NCBI GenBank assembly: GCA_022616245.1
Contig: JAKEFD010000169.1
Coordinates: 8,384-72,383 of the forward strand
Direction: 5' to 3'
Length of the DNA: 64,000 nt
DNA from: Gemmataceae bacterium
GTDB lineage: Bacteria > Planctomycetota > Planctomycetia > Gemmatales > Gemmataceae
The notes beneath the pieces were generated by a model. It had not been told where the DNA came from. It saw only the letters and a list, made by a program, of their open reading frames with translations, and did not search any database. Positions 26,988 to 37,076 of the stretch are shown here, piece after piece (the first letter of the stretch is position 1; each line of letters begins with the position of its first letter). A program made the translations under genes and the position numbers.

Positions 26988-27410
26988 TCAAGCATTCTTA
27001 TCCGTCAGCAAGATCGTGAATCCTTCCTGGCGGAAATGATCGTCATGGGTCAAGACTTCTTGCAAGCCATGGGAGCGCATTGTCTCCATGGAAATGCAAT
27101 CCGTCATGCTGTATTGCTTGTCGGTTCGGGACTGGTAAAGACGAAAGCCGCTCAAGAATGATTCGCGCGTTTGCGGTACGACCGACACGTTGGGATTGCT
27201 CATGATTTTCTGAACGAGTTTGCCCGCCGTATCTCGAAGAAGCGCGCCTTTGTTGGAAAAGAAGGTCAAGAATTCTACCAGTATCTCGTCCGTGGTGAGG
27301 ATATGAACGGGGCCGAGGCGCGAGGCGACGTTGCGGGCCGCTTGATGCCATTCATCGCGCGGGTTCGCGAGCGCGATCCAGTAGAAAGTGTCGGCGAATA
27401 CCGCTTTCAC
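26988..27410 (-). CDS. PIN-domain ribonuclease toxin (VapC-like)
   Basis: 140 aa with a GTG start overlapping the upstream stop (GTGA, 27410-27407). It has FADTFYWIAL, TTDEILVEF, SMTDCIS and LTHDDHF. Confidence 0.85.
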   Translation of the reverse strand: MKAVFADTFYWIALANPRDEWHQAARNVASRLGPVHILTTDEILVEFLTFFSNKGALLRDTAGKLVQKIMSNPNVSVVPQTRESFLSGFRLYQSRTDKQYSMTDCISMETMRSHGLQEVLTHDDHFRQEGFTILLTDKNA

Positions 27411-28330
27411 ACGCCCTCCCGTGAAGGTCCATGAAGGTATTCGTCATGCCGCTGGGCCGCATCCGTGGGCAGCTTGCCGAACTCTTCCGGGGGAACTGTA
27501 GCGAGTACATCGGCGAACTCTTCCCAGATCGGCTTGGCCGCGGCGTCAAATGGAATTCCTCCTTCGGGCAAAAGCACGACTCTTTCCACTTCGACGATCT
27601 TTTGCAGGCGCCCATCCTGACCGAACTGGCCACGCCCGATGACCCGGAGTTTGGCCGTGGCGTGTTGTTTCAAAGCCGTGGTGATGAGGTCCTCGTCTTG
27701 GGGGCGAAAGGCCGCTTCGACCTCTTGGCCCGCGCCGAGCTGAAGGGCCATGCGCGGCTTGCTCACCCTGGCCATGGTCACCGGCCCCGCCACGTCCACA
27801 AAGGCTTGATAGCTCGGTGAGAGCCATTCGGTCAACCGGGCCCGGACCACGGCGTCATAGCGCGACGGAGCGGCGGCCTGGGCCGGCTGTTGCTCAATCC
27901 ATTCATCTTCGCGCAGGGTGTTGCCGTAATCTTCGAACAGCGCCAAGAGGTGTTTGGGAAATTCGTCCGGAAGCGCTTGGTTGTTCGCGGCGGCATCAAT
28001 GGTCATGGCGACGAGTTCCACGGCCTCATCCAGCTCATCACCCTGGAAACCAGGAAACTGGCTTTCCTCGTGCGGGGCCAACGCGCGTACCAAAGGAATG
28101 GTGGCGCAGTTGCGCGCAACTTCGTAGAACTTCAGCCCAAGTGAATCCTCAAAGTTTTTCGGCAATCGTTCTCTTCCGGGGTGATAGCGCCGCCAAAGCT
28201 CCTTGGCGAGCTCGACCAACAAAGTCTGGTAGCGAATCAATTCCAGAAGGACATCGAGTTCGACTCCGTGGTCTTCAAAGCGGCCTCCATGGAAAGAATG
28301 GCTTACGATACGGCGATGGGCTTCGTTCAT
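27407..28330 (-). CDS. 307-aa protein of unknown function with an antitoxin-like C-terminal tail
   Basis: The last ~40 aa (KPIWEEFADVLATVPPEEFGKLPTDAAQRHDEYLHG) resemble short PIN-associated antitoxins. I do not recognise the ~260-aa N-terminal part. Confidence 0.7.
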   Translation of the reverse strand: MNEAHRRIVSHSFHGGRFEDHGVELDVLLELIRYQTLLVELAKELWRRYHPGRERLPKNFEDSLGLKFYEVARNCATIPLVRALAPHEESQFPGFQGDELDEAVELVAMTIDAAANNQALPDEFPKHLLALFEDYGNTLREDEWIEQQPAQAAAPSRYDAVVRARLTEWLSPSYQAFVDVAGPVTMARVSKPRMALQLGAGQEVEAAFRPQDEDLITTALKQHATAKLRVIGRGQFGQDGRLQKIVEVERVVLLPEGGIPFDAAAKPIWEEFADVLATVPPEEFGKLPTDAAQRHDEYLHGPSREGV

Positions 28331-28490
28331 GACATATTCCCCTGTTCAAGCTTGAATCGTCATCTTTGAGATTTTCAGCGATGATGGGGCGCGACAATTG
28401 GCCGTTGTTATTGGTGAGCGCTCAGCTTCCGTTTCATAGAAGAAGAATTATCCTACCATTTCCCTTAGGTTTCCGCGAGGGCGGTCGCAT

Positions 28491-31241
28491 TTAGGCCGCC
28501 AGCGTCTCCGTCAGCTCCAGCAGCTCGCGAATTTCCTGCGGCGTGAAGAAGCGTTCCACCGCGTTTCGCCCAAACACGGTCAGCGGCGGCTCATACAAGT
28601 CTGCCTCAACGAGCCGGCGCTTGTTCAGGAATACTTCCTGAACGGAGCGCAGAAACCGAATCTGATCGGCATTGTACTCGTGTGCGGCGATGAAGCGCTC
28701 GAAGGCCCGCCGGACGACCTGGCCGTAATCGGGCAGCGTCTCCAGGGCCAACACGTGACGGAGGAAGCCGAGGAAGCTGTCCACCTTCAAGCCATACGCT
28801 TTTTTGATGTTGGCGGGGGAGACCGCCAAGTCGCCGCCGGCCAGCTCGCGGATGTGGATGCGCTCCAGGTCGACTAATTGCTCGTCGGTTACCTCCTGGC
28901 CCTGGCGGATGGCTTCGAGGGCCGGGTGATTGGCGACGATTTCGACCACGCGGCTTTCGACGCGCTGGCGGTACTCCTCAACCAAGATTTGCTTGCCGCC
29001 TTCGCCGATTGATACGACGCCGCGGGCTTCGATGAAATCGGGCAGGTCGATCTTGAGGAAGGCGCTGGGGCGGTTGCGGCGATTCTTCATCTCGGGCGCG
29101 AGGTCTTGGATCAGCTGCGTCAGCTCTTTTGGCGAAGCTTCCGCGAGCGTCTGCGACAAAGCCAGGTTGACGCTCGGCTTCTTGCCGGGGTCGTCCAAAA
29201 TGTCGGGCGGCAACAGGCTCACGTCCTCGGCAATGGAGGTCAACAGGTCCGGACGCGGCTCGTACTTGAGCATTTGCAGATTGAGCCGTTCGCACTTATG
29301 GGTAAAGGTTTCCGCAGCCACGTCCACGTCAGCAGCGAAGCGCAAAAGTGGCGCGACCCGCAGGCGCAGGAATTCGGCCTTGGCCGGCGTCATGAGGTTC
29401 CAGAAATCATCTTTCCAAACGGACTCAACTTCGTGGAGCACCTTCTTGACGGGAAACGATTCGCGCGGAATGCGGGCGATCTGGCCGCGCAGATCGGCGA
29501 CGGCCTGCGGGAAGACTTCGCCTTGTGGTTGGTCCACGGTCGCCTCGGCCAGCTTCAAGCGCGTGTTGAACAGCGAAACCAGGACCGGCATGTCGGCGGG
29601 CGGCTTATCGTCGGCCTTCTTGTTGAAGTCGTTTTGCCAAAAGTCGATGATCTTGAATTCGGTTTTCTTGCCGTCGGGCAGCCGATCGTAGTACTTGCAG
29701 GCGGCGTGATTGCGGGTGCCGCGGCCGATCATCTGCCAGAGCTTGATGCGCGACTGCACGGGCTTCATGAACACGAGATTCACGACTTCGGGAACGTCGA
29801 TGCCGGTATCGAGCATGTCCACGGAGATGGCGATGCGCGGCAGGTTGTTTTTCTTGAACTTGGTGATGAGGCCGTCGCCATAGCTGCCGTCGCGGACGCG
29901 CTCGGTGCTTGAGGTGATGACCTGGGCCAGGCCGACATGCTGCGGGAACATGTCCTCGAAGACTTCTTGGATGCGGCGCGCGTGCTCCATGGTCATTGCG
30001 AAGACGATGGTCTTGCCCGGCAGTTGGCCCGACTGGTCCTTGAGGCAGACCTCCATCACTTCTTCCCACTGCTTGCGCAACGTGTCGCGATTGCTCACGG
30101 ATTTTTCGAGGTCGGTGCCGGAATAGTCGATGGTGTCGGGATCGATCCCTTGTTCGACGAGGGCGTTCTTGTCCTCCTCGCTGAGGTCAACGCCCTTGAT
30201 GCCTTTGCGCTGGAAGCCGGTCTGGGCCTGGTAGAGGCTGAAATCGACGAGGACCCGGTCATTGATCGCCTGCTGGTAGTCGTAAAGGAAAGTCGGCACG
30301 TTGCCGTCGCAGCCAAAGACGCGGAAAGTATCGCGTTCGATGAAGTTGGCCGGCGTGGCGGTCAGGCCGATCATGCGGGCGTCGAAGTATTCGATCACTT
30401 CCGTGAAGCGCTTGACGATCGAGCGGTGCGCTTCATCGAGGATGATGAGATCGAAAAAGCCGGGGCTGAATTGAGAGTAACACAGGCTCATCGTTTGTTC
30501 GGTGGCGACGAACAGGCGCTTGGTTTTGTCGACGTTGTAGGTATAGATGCGGTCGCGCGGCTCGGCGGCCAGGTGCCGCTTGAACCCATCCGTCAGCCCC
30601 TGATCCACGAGCGCATCGCGGTCCGCGAGAAAGAGGACCTTCTGAGCTTGGCGGGCGCGCAGAAACAGGTCGATAAGGGCCATCGTCGTCCGCGTTTTGC
30701 CGGTGCCGGTCGCCATGACCAAGAGGGCGCGGCGCTTGTTGGCGGCGAACGCTTCGGCGACTCGGCGGATGGCTTCGTGCTGATAGGAACGGTCGACAAT
30801 CGAAGTGTCGATCGGCGTCGCAGCCAGCGACAGACCGTTTTGACGAATGAAATGCAGGCGCGCTAAGTCTTGCGGAGTGAAAAAGCCGGCGACGAGGCGC
30901 GGATTGGCCAGGCCCACTTCCCAGAAATGTGTGGCGTGGCCATTAGTCATGAATCCAAACGGCGCGAATGATTGGTGTTTAGCGATCTCGGTGACGTAGT
31001 GGCGCAGTTGCTCGTCGGCGTCGCGCGCGTTGCGGCTTGTCCGTTTGGCCTCGACCACGCCAAGGACTTGGCCGTCGGGCTGATAAAGACAATAATCGGT
31101 GACTCCATTCCAGGGCTCGGCGTCGTAGCCATCGACAGGAATCTCACGGCGAACCTGCGTCTTGTCATCGAGCCGCCATTCCGCTTTGCGTAATTGCGGG
31201 TCAATGAGGCGTATGCGCGTCAGGGCTTCGTTGAGATCCAT
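28491..31241 (-). CDS. hsdR: type I restriction enzyme R subunit HsdR (EcoEI-like)
   Basis: 916 aa. N-terminal nuclease motif (DYCLY...VVEAKR), helicase motifs (ATGTGKT, DEAH), and a long C-terminal domain. Confidence 0.92.
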   Translation of the reverse strand: MDLNEALTRIRLIDPQLRKAEWRLDDKTQVRREIPVDGYDAEPWNGVTDYCLYQPDGQVLGVVEAKRTSRNARDADEQLRHYVTEIAKHQSFAPFGFMTNGHATHFWEVGLANPRLVAGFFTPQDLARLHFIRQNGLSLAATPIDTSIVDRSYQHEAIRRVAEAFAANKRRALLVMATGTGKTRTTMALIDLFLRARQAQKVLFLADRDALVDQGLTDGFKRHLAAEPRDRIYTYNVDKTKRLFVATEQTMSLCYSQFSPGFFDLIILDEAHRSIVKRFTEVIEYFDARMIGLTATPANFIERDTFRVFGCDGNVPTFLYDYQQAINDRVLVDFSLYQAQTGFQRKGIKGVDLSEEDKNALVEQGIDPDTIDYSGTDLEKSVSNRDTLRKQWEEVMEVCLKDQSGQLPGKTIVFAMTMEHARRIQEVFEDMFPQHVGLAQVITSSTERVRDGSYGDGLITKFKKNNLPRIAISVDMLDTGIDVPEVVNLVFMKPVQSRIKLWQMIGRGTRNHAACKYYDRLPDGKKTEFKIIDFWQNDFNKKADDKPPADMPVLVSLFNTRLKLAEATVDQPQGEVFPQAVADLRGQIARIPRESFPVKKVLHEVESVWKDDFWNLMTPAKAEFLRLRVAPLLRFAADVDVAAETFTHKCERLNLQMLKYEPRPDLLTSIAEDVSLLPPDILDDPGKKPSVNLALSQTLAEASPKELTQLIQDLAPEMKNRRNRPSAFLKIDLPDFIEARGVVSIGEGGKQILVEEYRQRVESRVVEIVANHPALEAIRQGQEVTDEQLVDLERIHIRELAGGDLAVSPANIKKAYGLKVDSFLGFLRHVLALETLPDYGQVVRRAFERFIAAHEYNADQIRFLRSVQEVFLNKRRLVEADLYEPPLTVFGRNAVERFFTPQEIRELLELTETLAA

Positions 31242-31252
31242 GACTAATCACT

Positions 31253-31460
31253 TTAGCACGTGCGGACCTTGAGTGCGAGGGCTAGCGCTACTGCTTGTCC
31301 GCGTGCCTCCAACAACCACACCTCCATGCGCGTGCCTTCGTTCACCTTGCTGTAGACGTGGATTTTGCCGCCGAAGCTTTCGACGATTTGCTTAACGACG
31401 GCGAGGCCCAGGCCGCTGCCGCGCTCTTTGGTGGAAGAAGGGTTCGAACATACGCGGCAG
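31253..31460 (-). pseudogene. histidine kinase HATPase_c fragment
   Basis: MFEPFF, then a frame break, then TKERGSGLGLAVVKQIVESFGGKIHVYSKVNEGTRMEVWL. No DHp or sensor part lies upstream. Confidence 0.6.
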
Positions 31461-31496
31461 GGCGTCGTCGATGCCGTGGCCGGCGTCTTGGACCGA

Positions 31497-31625
31497 AAGC
31501 GGCGGCCGCATCCTCGACCGAGAGGCCGGCGAAGTGACGCAGTTCGACCCCCGGGCAGCGACCGGGTCTTCAGCGGCAAACCGCGTGAGAGCCGCATCAA
31601 GGGCGAGCAGTTGTTCGTCTGCAAA
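31497..31625 (-). pseudogene. ECF sigma factor region-4 fragment
   Basis: My translation is DEQLLALDAALTRFAAEDPVAARGVELRHFAGLSVEDAAAAF. It is bounded upstream by a TAG and merges downstream into the kinase fragment. Confidence 0.55.
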
Positions 31626-31718
31626 CTAGGGTTCGGCCGCAACGTCGGGCAGCTCGTGATCGTGTTCCAGAAGACTGCACGACCCTGATCGCCAACCCCG
31701 ATCTCCCCCGTGGTCCCG

Positions 31719-34700
31719 TCATTGCGCCAGCCGCTCCAGTGATGCCTGTGCCTCTTGCGTCAGCCGAGCGCCGGCCGCGCCGCCGGCCAGCACGGCAAGC
31801 ACCTTTCGCGCCTCGGGATTGGCGATCATCTCCAGGACCTGCACGCCACGCAAGGCTTCGGGCGGCAAAACAGCGGGGCTCAGCTTGGCGAGTAACGCGG
31901 TCATGCGCCGGCGTGCTTCGAGCGGCGGCTCGGCGGCAAGGGCGGTACGTAATGCCGGCCCAGCAAGCTCGCCGAGGCGCTCGAGATTATCCGAGGCAAG
32001 CTGGCGCTTCTCGAAGACGTCGTTCGACAGGTCGGCGATCCACCGCGCAACCTGCTTGCTATCGGGGCTCTTGATAGGCGCCAGGCGTTCGCGCAAAAGG
32101 GGCGCCGCCTGAGCCGGATCCGCACACAGCGTTTCAACGGCGCGACGGCCCGCAACAGCGTTGCTGCTGGTCAGGTCCGTCCATGCGGATTCGAGCTGCA
32201 CCGGCGTCAGCGGCGCCTTCGGCAGCGCGCCGGTGCTGAACCGCGTCAGGTCCCAGACCAGGATGGTGTGGTCGCGGGACACCGTCGCTACCGATCGGCC
32301 GTTGCCCGACATGACCAGTAGATCCACATTGCCCCGGTGTCCGCGGCGGGAGGTCAGCTCGCCGCCGGTGGCAACCTCCCAGAGCTGGACAAGGTGGCCG
32401 ACGGCGGTGACCAGCACCCGGCCATCGGGCGTGAACACGGCCGGCGCGGTCATGCGGTCCTCGGCCTGGCCCAGCGTGCGCACCACCTCACCCGTGGCGG
32501 TGTCCATCAGGCAAATCGTGCAATCCGAACGCATGATGGCGAGCAGCCGGCTGTCGGGCGAGAACGCAAGATAGCGGTCATCGATGAACTTCCTGCCGCT
32601 GATCCTCGGCGGCAACCGTTTGCCGCTGGCGACATCCCAGAAATGGACCACGCCATTCTTGAGAGAATCGTCATCGGGGCCTTCCTCGGGCGCCTCGGCC
32701 CCGGCCAGCAGCAGTCGCCCGTCCGGCGAAAACAAGGGTGGAAAATCGCCATGGCTACCGCCCTTTTGGTTTTTGGTCTGATACTGATGTCCGATCCGGT
32801 CCTGGTAGCCAGGCAGCACATGGACTTCCATGCCCTTGGCCAGGTCGACCAGCCGCAGCACCTTGTGCTTGCGGTCGCCGACGGCGGCCACGCGCCCACC
32901 TGGGTCAAGTGTCGCGAGCCCTTTGGCGTGCCATTGGCCAAGCTGCTGGCCCGTTGCCGGGTCCCAGAGGCGGATTTCCTCGTGCCAGTACAGAACCGCC
33001 GCCAGCCGTTTGCCGTCCGCCGAGTATGCTAGCCGGCTTACTCCAGACTGCTCCATCGAGCGAATCTCCGTGACGGTATCGAGGTTCCACAGGCGGATGC
33101 GATTGTCGCCGCCCGCCGAGGCAAGCGTCTTGCCGTCGGCCGCGAACGTGAATGGAGCGACACCCCCCTTGTGTGCCGGCCAGCGCCGAATCTCCTTGCC
33201 CAGGGCGGCGTCGGCGACCACCAAAGCGTCGGCCTCGGACCAAGCAATGAGTCGGCTGTCCGGTGAATAGGCGACGCGGTGGCCGGGTCGCGGCAGCGGA
33301 CAGACATTCTTGCCGGTCGCCGTGTCGAGGACCCAGAGCGAACTGACCGTTTGCCAACCCTGCACGGCCATCGCCTTGCCGCCGCCCAGGAACGCGATCG
33401 GGCCCGTGCTGTCGAAATAGCTGTGGAGTTTCTTGCCGGTGCGCCAGTCCCAGCGCATCAGGCCGTCCGGCCCCTGCGCCAAGATAGATTGGCCATCCGG
33501 CATGGTCAGGACGTGGATCCTGCTGTATTCGACATTCTGACGTGGGTCGGGCTTCCACTCGCGAACCGCCTTGCCGGTTGCGAGTTCCCACACGCGTAGC
33601 GTGGAGTTGGTGCTGCCGGTAACCACAAACTTGTTGTCACCGACGAATGCGACATCGCGGACCCAGGGCGCCGACAGGTTCAAGCGGTACAGCTCCTTGC
33701 CGCTTGCAACCTCGTGCACACGCAGCGTTTGTTTGGTGTTGTTGAAGTGGTAGGTCTCAAGCATCGCCACGAGCATGCCGTCGGCAGACAGCCGGCCTTC
33801 GAGTGAAGCCATGCCGCCGCCCAACCCGCCAACGAACCCTGGCGGCGGTTCCTTGTGGAACTGCCACTCAGACAGCGTCTTGCCAGTTGCAAAATCCAAA
33901 CGCCGGATCGTGCCGCCCACGACGGTCAGGACCTTGCCGTCGGTCGAGAACACGCCAGCCGCTGCGCTTGCCCCGAGCTGCTTGCTGATCTGGCCGGTTT
34001 CCACGTCGAGCAGACAGAGCTTGCTCTTCTGGTTCAGAATGAGAGACTTCGCGTCAGGCGTGAACGCCAGGAAGCTAGCAGAGGGAGGACCGACGGACTT
34101 TCGATACCGCTCGCGTCCCGTCGGCATTTCCCACATGCTCAGGTCGCCATCCCCGCTTACGGACGCCAGGAGCTTGCCGTCCGGCGCAGCGGCAACGGCG
34201 TAGATCGACGAGCCATGTTGGAGCCGGGTGCTTCCGATACGAAATCGCGCGCCCGGCGGCAGGTTTTCGCGAGCATGGACGTCGCCAGCACCCTCTGGCT
34301 TGCCGGCTGCTTCATCCGGCCGGTCGTGGAATGCCGGCGGCCCGGCGCCCTCGAACGGCCCGTCGTTCACCGCTGGCCGGGACAACGCTGCTGCCCCGAG
34401 CGCCGCGAAACCGACGCCGAGCATGCACATCCATGTCAGCATTCGCCGTGGCCATGCCGAGCCTATCAGATCCATCGCGAGGCGCACCGCCTCGGCCGAA
34501 ATCCCGGTCGACGAACCGCGCGCAAACGCCAGCCCTGCCCGTACCGTGCTGTTTGCCAGGCACGGCGCGAGCGTGTTCGCAGCCAGCCCGCGCGCCGCCT
34601 CGATGGCACTCAGACCAAGCGCAAGCGTCAGCCCGCGCCGCTTCAGCCGCGCATGCAAGCGTGCCCGGCCGCGCTCCAGCCGCCCCTTGACCGAGCCGGC

Positions 34701-35237
34701 CGTCCAGCCCAAGCATCCGGCAGCTTCCTCCAGGCTGAGGCCCTGGACACAACAGAGCAGGATCGGCAGCCGATACGACTCCGGCAAGCGCTGCAGCTCC
34801 ATCTCGAAGACCAACATCAGCTCGCGGCCGGTGAGCCGGTCCAAGGTATGCGGCCGGGGGTCCGGACATTCCGCGACTGCCTCGCTACCCAGAGTTTCCC
34901 GTCGCGAGTGTTCTTGCCGTGCCTTGGCCGCGACGCGGTGGGCAACGCCATAGAGCCAGGCAGCGAGCGCGCCTGGCCGGCGGATCGACGCCGCCTGGCG
35001 CGCCAGCGCCAGAAAGGTCGCCTGAAAGCAATCCTCCGCCAGGTGGGCATCGCCGACCAATCTCCGGCAAAGGCGCAACACCATCGGCCCGTGCCTGCTC
35101 ACGAGATGAGCGAAAGCGTCCTCATCGCGATTTGCGACAAAGCGAGCCAGCCAGTCCGCGTCTGCCGGCATGAGGCGATGCAGATGGCTTAACAGCGAGG
35201 TCTTTAAGGTGGGCATGCGACGATCCTCGGCATACAC
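31719..35237 (-). CDS. ECF sigma factor domain fused to a TM segment, WD40 repeats and a helical C-terminal module
   Basis: 1172 aa. Sigma regions 2 and 4 are present (DCFQATFLALAR..., LCCVQGLSLEEAAGCLGWTAGSVKGRL). They are followed by a TM helix (MLTWMCMLGVGFAALGAAAL) and then many WD40 units. Confidence 0.85.
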   Translation of the reverse strand: MYAEDRRMPTLKTSLLSHLHRLMPADADWLARFVANRDEDAFAHLVSRHGPMVLRLCRRLVGDAHLAEDCFQATFLALARQAASIRRPGALAAWLYGVAHRVAAKARQEHSRRETLGSEAVAECPDPRPHTLDRLTGRELMLVFEMELQRLPESYRLPILLCCVQGLSLEEAAGCLGWTAGSVKGRLERGRARLHARLKRRGLTLALGLSAIEAARGLAANTLAPCLANSTVRAGLAFARGSSTGISAEAVRLAMDLIGSAWPRRMLTWMCMLGVGFAALGAAALSRPAVNDGPFEGAGPPAFHDRPDEAAGKPEGAGDVHARENLPPGARFRIGSTRLQHGSSIYAVAAAPDGKLLASVSGDGDLSMWEMPTGRERYRKSVGPPSASFLAFTPDAKSLILNQKSKLCLLDVETGQISKQLGASAAAGVFSTDGKVLTVVGGTIRRLDFATGKTLSEWQFHKEPPPGFVGGLGGGMASLEGRLSADGMLVAMLETYHFNNTKQTLRVHEVASGKELYRLNLSAPWVRDVAFVGDNKFVVTGSTNSTLRVWELATGKAVREWKPDPRQNVEYSRIHVLTMPDGQSILAQGPDGLMRWDWRTGKKLHSYFDSTGPIAFLGGGKAMAVQGWQTVSSLWVLDTATGKNVCPLPRPGHRVAYSPDSRLIAWSEADALVVADAALGKEIRRWPAHKGGVAPFTFAADGKTLASAGGDNRIRLWNLDTVTEIRSMEQSGVSRLAYSADGKRLAAVLYWHEEIRLWDPATGQQLGQWHAKGLATLDPGGRVAAVGDRKHKVLRLVDLAKGMEVHVLPGYQDRIGHQYQTKNQKGGSHGDFPPLFSPDGRLLLAGAEAPEEGPDDDSLKNGVVHFWDVASGKRLPPRISGRKFIDDRYLAFSPDSRLLAIMRSDCTICLMDTATGEVVRTLGQAEDRMTAPAVFTPDGRVLVTAVGHLVQLWEVATGGELTSRRGHRGNVDLLVMSGNGRSVATVSRDHTILVWDLTRFSTGALPKAPLTPVQLESAWTDLTSSNAVAGRRAVETLCADPAQAAPLLRERLAPIKSPDSKQVARWIADLSNDVFEKRQLASDNLERLGELAGPALRTALAAEPPLEARRRMTALLAKLSPAVLPPEALRGVQVLEMIANPEARKVLAVLAGGAAGARLTQEAQASLERLAQ

Positions 35238-35558
35238 GACGATACTCTGTTAAAGTAGTACCGCCAGGCTCGGCAACGGCACACCGAATTTGGACACTGG
35301 CTTCCAGAATTCAGGTAACTCCGACACGCCGACGCGCCAAGGTCGCGGCTGCGCTGGTCGATGGGACGTCACATCGACCTACGCACGAAAGATCAGGCAT
35401 TGGACTTGCCGAAAACAGCGATGGCGCCACGCCAGCCGAGAACTCGGCCAAATCGGAACCGCACGGGACAGCACGCCGCATAGTTGACGGCTCCGTTGCA
35501 GCCCTTGTCGCAATGTCGGGGGCTTGTGGCTACATGTGACGAGGCACGAATGTGGTCA

Positions 35559-35783
35559 TTAGCGGGCGGCGGCCTCGAGTCGCGATAGATTTCTGAATCG
35601 AATGAGTGCCGCCGTCTGAACGTCCCAGAGACACAGCAGGCCATCCATGCCGGCCGAGAGCACGCGGGTACTGTTGGGATTCCAAGAAATCGCATGCACG
35701 ATGTCCTCGTGTTTCTTCAAGAGGTGTTGCTCCTTGCCGCTCGCATCCCATACCCGCACCGTCTTGTCCTCGCCGGCTGACCG
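35559..35783 (-). pseudogene. WD40-repeat fragment
   Basis: RSAGEDKTVRVWDASGKEQHLLKKHEDIVHAISWNPNSTRVLSAGMDGLLCLWDV..., with a TAG immediately upstream. Adjacent frames hold further degenerate pieces. Confidence 0.5.
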
Positions 35784-36367
35784 CTAACGCCGCCATCGAT
35801 AGAAACAGTCCCAAAAACAGTGCGATCCTTTGACCAGTATGTGCTGGAGGAAACCTCCGCGAACGAACCATGATTTTCTCCGTTCGTCGAGTGTTTGACG
35901 CCATTGAGGAAACTGCAGGGTAGACGAGGCAAGTGGCCGGTCCGATTGCGCAACTGATTTCCGTCGCATCCTAATGTTTCCACGAGCGAAGGCACCGTCG
36001 GCCCATCATTCAACACCGCCCATCCCGTTCTCGGCTCATCAGCTCTTGGCAAGGTTGTTGGTGCCGGAACGAGAGACGGTGCCGGCCGAAAACGAGGCCG
36101 AATCGACGGCGCAAATCGCACGCTGCATAGACCGCAGTTGGTCACGCCCTGGTCGTTGGGCCAGGTTTCTTGTTGCGCTTTATTGCGCGAAATCTGGTCG
36201 CCTTGAGTAGTGGGTGAAGGGCTCGGCCGGGTCAAGTTCGCCAGATTCTCATCGAGCTAATTGCTATTAGCACTCAGGTGAACCACTTTTTCCATCAACT
36301 TGCGGGCTGCTTCTCGTCCGCTTAGACTGTACCACCGTCTGCTCCAATTGTCGAAAGCTGTAGTTCA

Positions 36368-36952
36368 GTGCACACAACCTCTCTCACGCTGCTCGAACGC
36401 TTGCGGACGCCGGGCGACCAAGAAGCTTGGCTACGTTTTGTGCGGCTGTACACTCCTCTTCTGTACTATTGGGCGCGCCGTGCGGGTTTGCCGGAGCACG
36501 ATGCGGAGGATCTGGTCCAGGACGTTTTCGAGCTTCTGCTGCGCAAGCTGCCCGAATTCCGCTACGAGCAAGGAGGCAGCTTCCGCAATTGGCTGCGCGT
36601 TGTGGCGCTAAACAAGTGGCGCGAACGAAACCGGCGCGGTCCTTGCCCCGGCTCAACTGGGAAAGGGATAAGTGTGACTGGATATGACAGCTTGGACCAA
36701 GTCGCCGCGCCTGATGAGGCCGAAGCTTTTGAAGAGGTGGAGTACTGCCAACAGCTCGTGCGCCGCGCCTTGCAGCTCATCGAGCCAGAATTCTCCCAAG
36801 TTGCTTGGAAGGCGTTTCAGTGTCATGTTGTAGCTGGCCGCAACGCGGCGGAAGTCGCCACTTCACTCGGCATTCGCATCGGCACTGTATATGCCGCCAA
36901 GTCTCGTGTGTTAACGCGCTTGCGCCGCGAGTTGCATGGGCTACTTGATTGA
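36368..36952 (+). CDS. ECF sigma factor
   Basis: 194 aa: LLERLRTPGDQEAWLRFVRLYTPLLYYWARR...DLVQDVF...NWLRVVALNKW...RIGTVYAAKSRVLTRLR. Confidence 0.85.
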   Translation: MHTTSLTLLERLRTPGDQEAWLRFVRLYTPLLYYWARRAGLPEHDAEDLVQDVFELLLRKLPEFRYEQGGSFRNWLRVVALNKWRERNRRGPCPGSTGKGISVTGYDSLDQVAAPDEAEAFEEVEYCQQLVRRALQLIEPEFSQVAWKAFQCHVVAGRNAAEVATSLGIRIGTVYAAKSRVLTRLRRELHGLLD

Positions 36953-37076
36953 TTTTGTGAGCCACCCAGGCATTCCAGGTTGAATTGCAGTCCCGCACAG
37001 GTTTTTTTCGCAAGGTCTCGATCCATCCGCGCATACTCTTAGAAGTTGCGCTCGGCAGCGCAAAGGAAGCGGAAAC

